Below are positions 54,065 to 64,000 of a DNA stretch of 64,000 nt, piece by piece (position 1 is the first letter of the stretch; the number at the start of each line of letters is the position of its first letter). Origin of the DNA: Octopus vulgaris (Eukaryota); NCBI GenBank assembly GCA_951406725.2, contig OX597838.1:19530001-19594000 (forward strand). Direction: 5' to 3'. A model generated the notes under the pieces. That model had not been told where the DNA came from, ran no database searches, and saw nothing but the letters and a program-made list of their open reading frames with translations. Made by a program: the position numbers and the translations under genes.

Positions 54065-54240
54065 TATTTTTGTTATTTTTTATTTGCCCTGTCCGTGTGA
54101 GCTAACAGTCGTACTGGCTTTCATGGGAAACACGTATTTTCGTGGTTGAAACCTTTTGGATTAACTGGTGCTAGAGTGATCAATATAGTGACCACTCTCT
54201 TATATTTATTTATTTATTATATATATATATATATATATAT

Positions 54241-55121
54241 ATGAGCACAAATGGAAGACAACACATAAGATATCAATTTTAAGATATTAGTTTAAAGCTT
54301 AAAAGAAGGGAAACAGTAATGACGGTTCGGACGATAGACCTTCATCAGAAAAAAGTTTCAAATGAGTAAAGATGGTGATAAATTATAAAGAATGAGAAAA
54401 GGTGATTGGAAAACGTATTAGGGAACCAGGTGAGAATACGGTTCAATGGTAGGTGTTAGAATGAGAGGAGGAGGTGGGATGGTGTGTGTTTGCATTTGAG
54501 ATTATCCATGTATAGTGGTGGGGAAGGTGAATGTGGGTAGTAGTTTTGTGAGCGTGGAAGTGTGCATGTACGAGAGTTTAGTAGCTCGGATAATGCAGAA
54601 GGAAGGTGTGAAGCTGTTCTTTGTATGGATGGCGTATATTTTATGTGAGAGATAAGCGCGGATGTGTGTGTGGGGGTGGTGAGGATTTGGCAGGGGCGCG
54701 TGTGAGGCGGAAGGGAGGACAAGAGGAATGTGGTATTGGAGAAATAAACACGGATGAAAAACATAATACATAGTGAAACAAAAAAGAAACAAACAAAATA
54801 AATTGTAAAGTGGAAACATTGGTGAAACGTCTGGAGGTTATGTAACGAGTACAATGTCCGGAGAAAATAATAAAAGAAGGATGTGTGTGTGTGTGTGTAT
54901 TTGTGTATAAGTGTGACGATTTGTGTGCGTTTGTGGCCTTGTGCGGGTGTGTGCGTACGCGCATTTTCGTGCATATGTGTGAGTGTGTGTGTGTGTGTGT
55001 ATATGTGTCGGTTTGTGTGTATGTACGTGTGTGTGTGTGGGTATGTGTGTGTGTTTGTATGTATGAATATAGGCGTGGTTTAGGTTATGAGTGTCTATAT
55101 ATATGTTTCTCTCTCTCCCCC

Positions 55122-55150
<29 letters not shown>
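54241..55150. repeat. ~900-bp direct repeat, copy 2
   Basis: See 51417-52315. Confidence 0.9.
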
Positions 55151-55153
<3 letters not shown>

Positions 55154-55198
55154 CACACACATATACCTATATATACAGACATATACATTTATATATAC

Positions 55199-55241
<43 letters not shown>

Positions 55242-55300
55242 AATGCATACATCACATACATTAATATATGCTTTTATGTTACGCAAATCTTCGCGCATGT

Positions 55301-55336
<36 letters not shown>

Positions 55337-55779
55337 ATAGTAGCTTGTGAAATTATTCTCTTTCTATCTCTTTGTGAGTTTTTCCTGTTTCTGCTTTGAA
55401 AACGATTTACTTTGAAATAAAAAGGTTGGTCTTTTTTTTGTTGTATTGTTCAGAACGTTTAATAATTTGATCTTCAGAGTTGTTTAGTCGTTTCTGCACA
55501 GATCTTCACTTTCGTTTCCTTCAAAACATTTTTGAACTCACATATTAGAAATACATCAACAAGAAGGCATCAATTTTTCTCCAGCAGTTAGAAACACAAA
55601 GAAATAATTTGAATCGCATCCAAGAAACATGGGATCTGTAAGTACATTTAATAATCGTAGACAACAAAATCACGCTTCAAACTACACTAATAAGGTTGGA
55701 AATACTAATAGTTCCAACCAACGAAATTACCGTTACCATTGTTTTATACCCTGGCCAGTAGAAGAGTATATACACGCTG

Positions 55780-57665
55780 AGAAAACCAAATGTAATAAAT
55801 TTATCAAAGAAGACCTGAACAATACAACAAATCGATAATCTGGTAAAAGGACTAAAATTTACCCTTGGAGATATATTTAGAAGGAAATTAAAGACGACAC
55901 TTCAGAGTTTTGTAGAAAATTGCACCTCGCACATATATAAGAATAACGATGATGAATCGCTTGTTAGGAACAAAAGCAATTACTTTTCACCGAAAGGTAG
56001 AAGTAAAACATTTGGTTCTTGTGACTACATTTAAAATTTTCTATATAAGGATATGTATAAATATTTAGGTCAAACTTCGGTTATTCTGAATGGAAAAGCA
56101 GAATTGAATTGAAAAAAGAAAAAATGACAACGAACTGATTAAGAAATCAGATAAAGGCGCAGATATAGGCGCGGGAGTGGCTGTGTGGTAAGTAGTTTGC
56201 TTACCGACCACATGGTTCCGGGTTCAGTCCCACTGCGTGGCACCTTGGGCAAGTGCCTTCTACTATAACCTTGGGCCGACCAAAGCCTTGTGAGCGGATT
56301 TGGTAGACGGAAACTGAAAGAAGCCCGTCGTGTATATGTGTATATATATGTGTGTGTGTATGTGTATATGTTTGTGTGTCTGTGTTTGTCCCCCCAACAT
56401 CGCTTGACAACCGATGGTTGTGTGTTTATGTCCTCGTAACTTAGCGGTTCGACAAAATTGACCGATAGAATAAGTACTAGGCTTACAAAGAATAAGTCCT
56501 GGGGTCGATTTGCTCGACTAAAGGTGGTGCTCCAGCATTGCCACAGTCAAATGACTGAAACAAGTAAAAGGATAAAGGATAAAAGGGTAACGATATAGAT
56601 ATATCTAATCGAATAAATAACTAGAGAAACAAATAATTCCGATCGGTATCGTGGTTGTAAGTTGTTACTAGCAGAAACATTCCACTAAACAATAGTGAGA
56701 ACAAGACTCGATCACTAGAAAAATACGTGTAAAAACAAACACAAAGATGAGACTAGACAACAGTCAGACCAAGTCCGAGGAGAAAAATCAGAAGATCAGT
56801 TTATTTCTTCGCTTTAACATGTCCTCAGTTAACTGTCCATTGATTGGGTGAGTTGAACCACGTTAAATGTAGACTAGTTCGAATTGGTGAAGTATTGGAA
56901 ATACAACGGCGTCAGTTTTCTGCTGTTTGACAAACTCTTCAACGAGAATACTAGGTTTTTAATAAACGTCATATATAAATACAGAATTAAGACTAATTTC
57001 AACACTTCTGTATGGAAAACAAAATTGAATTGAAAAAAAAAAAAATGACAACGAATTGACAAGTAACAAAATAGATAAAGCGTTTGTGGTCATACGGTCG
57101 AAAGCTGAATATTATAAAAATTTTTAATTCTCCAAGCTTGAAGGTGATATACACAACAAAAACAGTTGTAGGCAACAACCAACGGAATGTAATGTAAAAT
57201 CTTACAACTACATTTACCGAAAATATAAAGAAATAATTACACAACTATTTTCAAATGCAAATTTAGTCTTTTCTATGGCTTACCAATAATTCGCAATATT
57301 GGCTTACCAATAATTCGCAATATTGGCTTACCAATAAATTCTATGGCTTACTAATAATTCGCAAAACGAGCATAAGAATTCACAAGCCTATGTATTAATG
57401 CTATATTACCAAACGATTTAAAATTAAGACTAACACTAGTTAAGCCAAAATGTGAAACCCACCATTTGAGTAACTTTTTTTAAAATATATTTTATTGAAA
57501 CTATCTCTAAAACACATTAAAAGATTTATATGAGACGTTCAAGTTAAGTTGACCCACCTTCATAAAATGACCATCGCCTGCACATAAATCAAACTTGTAT
57601 ACAAGCATTCCTTATGACTATGAAATAGAAGCAATAAAATTCTAGAATTACCAGAACACCTAGAA
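55780..57665 (+). pseudogene. Penelope-like retroelement reverse transcriptase fossil, interrupted
   Basis: INLSKKT..QIDNLVKGLKFT; EFCRKLHLA; SLVRNKSN; IKKSDKG; FYGLPIIR (cf. FYGLPKIHK); CETHHLSN; NLYTSIPYDY.IEAI (cf. SLYTNIPH). The motifs occur in the correct order. Confidence 0.75.
56168..56585 (+). mobile_element. SINE family A inserted in the Penelope fossil
   Basis: Full copy. Confidence 0.88.
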
Positions 57666-57669
57666 CTGG

Positions 57670-57800
57670 GGTCGCCAAAGAAAGAAAGGGGTTTGACGTT
57701 TCGGGCAAAGCTCTTCTTCAGAAACAGGAGACAGAGGAAAGTCTACGAGAAAAGGAAGACGGAGGGGAAAAAATCGCCAACGATTCACATGTGGTTACAT
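57670..57800 (-). mobile_element. Short Penelope-type element with minimal hammerhead-like motif (57691-57725)
   Basis: GTTT-CTGAAGA-A-GAGC(ttt)GCCC-GAAA-CG-TC-AAAC, with one stem II mismatch. Confidence 0.55.
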
Positions 57801-58139
57801 TGACGGGCTTCTTCCTGTTTCAGTCTACCAAATTCACTCACAAGACTTTGAACGGGCTGGTGCTATTGTGGACGCATTCTGAAAGTGCTTTGTAGTGGTA
57901 CTGAACACAAGACCACATGGTTGAGAAGCAAGCTTCTTACCACACAGCCACAATATAGATGTTGTACTTGTTATAGAATGTGTGTTGGTACATGTACATA
58001 CATGCATGTGGTGTATATCCCCACCACTTGTCTATTTTAGCAAGCCCCTAAATTTTAAATGTAATACTGTTCAACGCTAAACATTGCCCTACAATTTTTA
58101 ATGAAAATTTTCCTGGTCTTTCTTCCTCGTACAATCTTA

Positions 58140-58700
58140 TTGGGTTGTCCGGAGTGTTCGTGCCGATTTTTAAAGGAAAGAAAAAGGTCAATAAATACTT
58201 GCCATTACATTTTTAATCAACCAAATATGAACCATTTTGTTGCACAATGCGTCTCCATCTTTCCTTTAACTTGAAAATACCCTCTTCCCAGAATTGAGGT
58301 GGCTTCATGGCAAAGAATCCATCAAGGTATCTTTTTACGTTATCCAAGGAATTGAAATTTTTACCATTAAGACTATTCTGCAGAGACTTGAATAAGGGGA
58401 AATCCGAAGGAGCAATATCTGGTGAATATGGAAGGTGGGGGTAACACATCCCAGCCGAGCTGCAGCAATTTTTCTCTGGTTCCCAAAGCATCAAGTGCTG
58501 AAAATGAACTTTCTTATCTTCCATGTTAAAGGGTTACAGAATTAACACAGGTTATAGGAACATAAACCTTCTTCCACGAAAAGATAGCTTAAACTGTGCT
58601 CTAAATGGAGTCAAATCCTATTTTATGGACTCAACCATGTTGTAAAATAAGTCGAAAGGATAGCTACTATAAATCGGCATGAACTTTCTGGACAACCCAA
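58140..58700 (-). mobile_element. Internally deleted mariner element (561 bp) with TIRs and TA target-site duplication
   Basis: TA|TTGGGTTGTCCGGAGTGTTCGTGCCGATTT ... AAATCGGCATGAACTTTCTGGACAACCCAA|TA. ORF 58213-58524 has the mariner N-terminus MEDKKVHF.HLML and C-terminal YSPDIAPSD. Confidence 0.92.
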
Positions 58701-59054
58701 TACTTATATCAAACAACATTTTTGTAACAAACTGAAGCGTTGAGAAAATGATTTTGCGTTGAGACAATTGTATAAATGCGAAGATGACGTGCAAATTTGT
58801 GAGACGTTCAATATTTCTAAAGTTGATAATCGCAGACGTGGCTTCACGGCCATACGGTTCTTGGTTTGGTCCCACAGCATGGCATCTTGGGCAACTGATA
58901 CATACATGCAAACATACATACATACATACATACATACAAACATATACACAAACATAAATCCTCCTTCTTTTCTTTCCTTTCCTGGGCGTCCAACAACACT
59001 GTACTTATTCCACATCCTCGCGTTGTTGTTTTTTCTTGCTTGTTCATGTTTGGA

Positions 59055-59157
<103 letters not shown>

Positions 59158-59428
59158 ACAAATATGGGACAAGAAGGCAAAACATCCAGACAGTTAGGTG
59201 ATACAAAAAAAAGGGACAACAAAACATCCAGACAGACGATACAATGAAAACAAGGACGGGTCATTCGGAGTTTTCTTTCCTCAGTCGAGTTCCAGATTAT
59301 CTTTGCAATTTCGACTGGTTATACTCGAGATTGCTCCAATCTGGCCAGCCCCAAGGAAAAACTAAGCTAAGAAAGCAGCGAATGTATACGAAAACAAGGA
59401 CATATATATATATATACATATACATATG

Positions 59429-59466
<38 letters not shown>

Positions 59467-62400
59467 CATACACACACACACACACACATACAAGGTGAGG
59501 TATATGTGTGCTTGTGTATGTCTTTGTATCTGTTTGTTCTCCACCACTACATAACAACCTGCTTTGGTTGTTTACATCTCCATAACTTAACGGTTCGGCA
59601 AAAACGACCGATAGAATAAGTTCTAGGCTTAAATAAATATGTACTAAAACTCTTCAAGGCGGTGCCCCAGCATGGCCTCAATCTAATGATTGATACAAGT
59701 AAACGACAAAAGATAATAGATATACATGCATACATGTATGTATGTATGTATGTATGTATGTATGTATGTATGTATGTATGTATGTATGCTAGTATTCACG
59801 TGCTGATTTTCTGCACTGTAATGCTTTCAGAAGAGATGAACAGTTCCTTTATCAATGTGTTTGTTGGTAAGAGATTGATGGTGCCGTTGGCACACCACGT
59901 AATGGCAATGAGAAGAATTGATTGAAAGCAGACGATAGCTCTGAACTATGAAAAAAAAAAACCTTCAGAGAATGAAAGGGAGAAGGGAGAGTTAGTGGTT
60001 GTGTGAAGAGGAGTGAGAATGAAAGAAAGAGGGAGAAAGGGAGATGCTGAGTAGAAGTGGTAAAAGTAGAATAGGGAGAAAAAGAGAAAGCTAATGAGAT
60101 GGAGGATGGCAAGAAAAATGTTAGAAAAAATATGAGAAACAGAGGTTGCGAAAGATAAGAGATGAGTAGCAGAGATGAATAACGGATACATAGAAACCGG
60201 AAGAGAGAGGAAGAGAAGTGAGAGGAGTGAGTGATAAAAAGAAAATGAGAAACTGACTGAAGAAGAGAACAGAGGGGAAAAAAATTAGAAAGGATAGAGT
60301 GAGAGAGAGAGGGGGAGGAATTGATAAGGAGACGAGGAAAGAGAGGCCATGAAAGACGAAGTGCTTGAGTGAATGAGTGGGTAATCGAGTGAGTGAGCAA
60401 GTGTGTGTGTGTGTGTGTGTGTGTATGAAGGAGAGAATGAAATCAAGATGAAATGATGGCACACAGTAATGGAGAAGGCGGTAAAAAGAGTGGAAACGAT
60501 AAAGGCATGAATGATGATACGGTGGGAATTGATGAACAGGGATGAACGAGATAAGGGAAGGAGAAGAAAGATGAGGTAAAGGTAGGAAGTAAAAAGACGA
60601 GCCGAGATGATGGATTGGATATAGAAAGTGAGAGAACGAGAGAGAGAGAACGGAAGAGAGAGGTTGAAGGAGAGAAAAAGAAAATGAGTGTGAAAGCAGA
60701 TATGATGAATCAGAAGAAATATGAAGCCCGGTGTGCCGAAGATAAAGCATCTCACTTTTCAGAAATCTTCTAAAATGAGTCAGCAGACCTCATTTTTGCT
60801 TTAAAATCTATGTCAATGGTGTGTTTTTGAGTTAGCTACTTTTTAATTTATTTTACTATCATTATTATTTTATTTTTATTTATTTTAGCTTTATTCTTCT
60901 CTTCTCGCGTGTTAAGTGAGTGTGTTTTATAATTACATTGCTAAATCTTTTCAGCACTGAATTCATCACAAAAGCCAAGCAGAGAGAGAAAATGGCGAGA
61001 GCTACCAAAAGCAAAAACAGGAATGAAAGACAAGACCATTATAAATGAAGCAATGCTAAAGGCGTGGGGTGGGGGTGGAGGGAGGTGAGGCGGCGGTGGT
61101 GGTGGTGATGGTGGTGGTGGTGATGGTGGTGGTGGATTCTGATATGTAGTTGCAATAATACAGCATGGAATGGAAATGGTATGTTGTGATAGAGTGTATT
61201 GCAGCATGGTATGGCGCGGCATTTGCATGGAGTGGTATGTCTGTCATAGTATACTTAGCAAAGCGTTAGAGAGTCTTGATTTCATCAGAGCCGCAATGGC
61301 GGTGGAACGGACGGAATCTAAGATTTTTCATCACATATGGAAGAGATAGGGGTTAGAGAGAAAGAGAGAAAGAGAGAGAAAGATGGCGGAGAGAGGGAAA
61401 TTAAAGCTTTACGCCTGCCCCTTGCCTTCTTCTTTCTCGTTTGTTCGTTTATCTTACTGGTTTTCCACTTAAGCGTCTTCCTTACACTTACTTACCCCCC
61501 TCCCCCACCATCACCACCACCACCACCACCAACAGTAGCAATAACAATATCATCATCATCATCATTATCACCAAAACCATCAAGCACCACCGCCGCCGCC
61601 ACCACCACCACCACCACCTGTACCATTACCGTCCCCACCCTACCCACGCTGCCATCGCCACCACCATGTTACCACCGCCAGTACAATTTCCTCTTTGTTT
61701 TGTATTTCCTCCTTCTCCGACATCCCCCGCAACGACCGTACCTCACCTCTCCTCGGTACCTCCAACCACTACCACCACCGCCACCACCACCACCACCAAC
61801 ACCATCACTCACCACCATCGCTGCTACCGTCACTAATCTCACCTTTCTCCTCCTTCACATTTCATGTTTCCTCTTTCTCCTCTTACTTCTCCTCCTCTTC
61901 CTTCTTCCCATTAATACCACGGCCATCTCCTCCTCCTCCCTCCCCGCTGTTCATTCCTGTTCTTTCTTCTTTGCTGTTGTTATAGTCTCTGCTGCTTTCC
62001 TTCTTTCTCCTCTTCCCTTCCCTCTGTGCCACCACCAACTCCACCACCACCACCACCACCACCACCACCACCACTACCATCTCTAGCTTATCACCTCCTA
62101 CTCTCTCCTATTTATCTTTCTCCATTCAAGCCTCTCTCTCTCTCTATTGTTCATACTGTTGCCGTTGTTGTTGTTGTCGTTGTTGTTGTTGGCGTCGTTG
62201 TGGTTGTTGTTGTTAATCTCATTCTTTTCATTCTTCTCATTATCTCATTCCTCCTCGCGAACAACAACCCCCACCACCACCACCACCACAACAGCCACCA
62301 CCACCACCACCACCAGCGATACCGCCATCACCAACAACATGTCCATGGTCTTTCTAAGCCAGAAGATCATTTTAAGTCAGTCTTCACACTCAGACAGTTT

Positions 62401-62489
62401 CACAATGAATTCTTGTTATCAGTGAGCAGTTTCATTTTCTTCTGCATCCCCGACTATTTTCTCATCTTTTGTTCTTGTAGTTGCGCATA

Positions 62490-62961
62490 CAAACAAACAT
62501 ACAAACATACATACATACATACATACATACATACATACATACATACATACATACACACACATACATACATACATACATACATACATACATACATACGTAC
62601 GTACGTACGTACGTACATACATACATACATACATACATACATGCACACATACATACATACATACATACATACATACACACACGCATACATTCATACATAC
62701 ATGCATACATACATGCATGCATACATACATACATACATGCATGCATACATACATACATACATACATACATGCATGCATACATGCATACATACATGCATGC
62801 ATACATACATACATACATGCATGCATACATACATACATACATACATACATACATACATGCATGCATACATACATACATACATACATACATACATACATAC
62901 ATACATGCATGCATGCATGCATACATACATACATACATACATACATACATACATACATACA

Positions 62962-62990
<29 letters not shown>
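62490..62990. repeat. (ACAT)n/(GCAT)n microsatellite
   Basis: Direct reading. Confidence 0.95.
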
Positions 62991-62994
<4 letters not shown>

Positions 62995-63545
62995 TTCTGT
63001 GTGTATGTGTTGTTTTTTGTCTTAAGTTTTTTCTGTTTTCTGTTTTTTCATCTTTCATACATTTTTTTCTGTTGTGGAAATGGCAGAAGTTCGAGAGATG
63101 GAAACACAAGACCAAGAGTGAAAGAAAAGGTGATGGTGATGGTGGTGATGGTGGTGGTGATGGTGTTGGTGGTATAGAGAGATGGCGGTAGAAAGGTTTT
63201 GCAGAAATGCTTCGAATCACTTGGCACTTTCAACCACCAATGTCCTCTCCTTTCCCCCTCTCTCTCTCTCTTTCTTTCTCTGCTTCTTCTCTTTTTTTTC
63301 TTCTCCTTTTTATAATTCGTTCCTTTTGTTGAAACAGAAGTACGAGAAATGAAGATGAGGAAAGCGAGCGAGAGAGAGAGAGAGAGAGAGAGTGAGAGTG
63401 AAAACCTGGAGACAAAGAGGTTCTTAGAAACCCCTCGAAACATTTGGCACTTACAGCCAACAATTTAATCTCTCCTCCGCCACCTTCTCTCTCTCTCTCT
63501 CTTTCACTCGTTCTCGTTCTCTCTCTCTCTCTCTTTCACTCGTTC

Positions 63546-63582
<37 letters not shown>

Positions 63583-64000
63583 TTGTGTTTCCCCTTCTCA
63601 TTCTATGTTTCTCCACCCATCCCCCTCTTCTCGAGTTAGAGTTCTTTGGCAGCAATGACACCATCTGTGTTCCATTTTAAGATTATTTCATCTTGTTTCC
63701 CTTAAAACATGGGCCTGCTTGTCTTGAGTGCTTCTTGGAGACCGAAGGGAAGGAAATAAGGGGGAAAAGATAAGGATTAAGAGAGTAGTGTGTGTGTGTG
63801 GGGGGGGTTTATGGATAGGGTGGGGGTGGGGGTTAGGGTTATGAGGATTTTTGCCTTGTTTCCTTTCCTCTCTTATTATTTCTACCAGCTTCATTTCCAC
63901 GCAGCCATCACGCAACCCCATCACCCTACGCTTCCAACTTCACTCAACACTGCAATCATCATCATCACCACTACCGTCATCATCGTCATCGTCGTCGTCG

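Larger units (their letters stand above)
52316..54211. mobile_element. 533-bp tandem plus inverted array with four hammerheads (candidate non-LTR retrozyme / Penelope pLTR array)
   Basis: Period 533 (52331 vs 52864; 53218 vs 53751). Orientation flips at ~53218-53221. Both outer ends run into (TA)n. Confidence 0.85.

Overview
Gene-poor, repeat-saturated eukaryotic DNA. The SINE families and the (ATGT)n/(ATCT)n/(TA)n microsatellite load are most consistent with an octopus genome (inference, not proven). Nearly all ORFs in the supplied track are microsatellite or SINE artefacts. Only one credible intact protein-coding ORF is visible: an uninterrupted, highly divergent cyclin A/B-fold ORF at 46863-47756 (-). 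In it the two normally invariant cyclin-box residues (Lys/Glu) appear reciprocally swapped to Asp/Arg. The rest is tRNA-derived SINEs, Helitron/Helentron-type non-autonomous elements, a LINE 3' end, a decayed Penelope-like RT, and fossils of hAT, Chapaev3-like, pogo/Tigger and mariner transposases. The most striking non-coding signal is a set of type I hammerhead ribozyme motifs. These include a young 533-bp tandem plus inverted array (52316-54211) with four intact hammerheads, a candidate cephalopod retrozyme. Other hammerhead families also sit in (TA)n tracts, and three of them carry a CCGACGA (U4C) core. Repeat coordinates were read by eye and are approximate at their edges.
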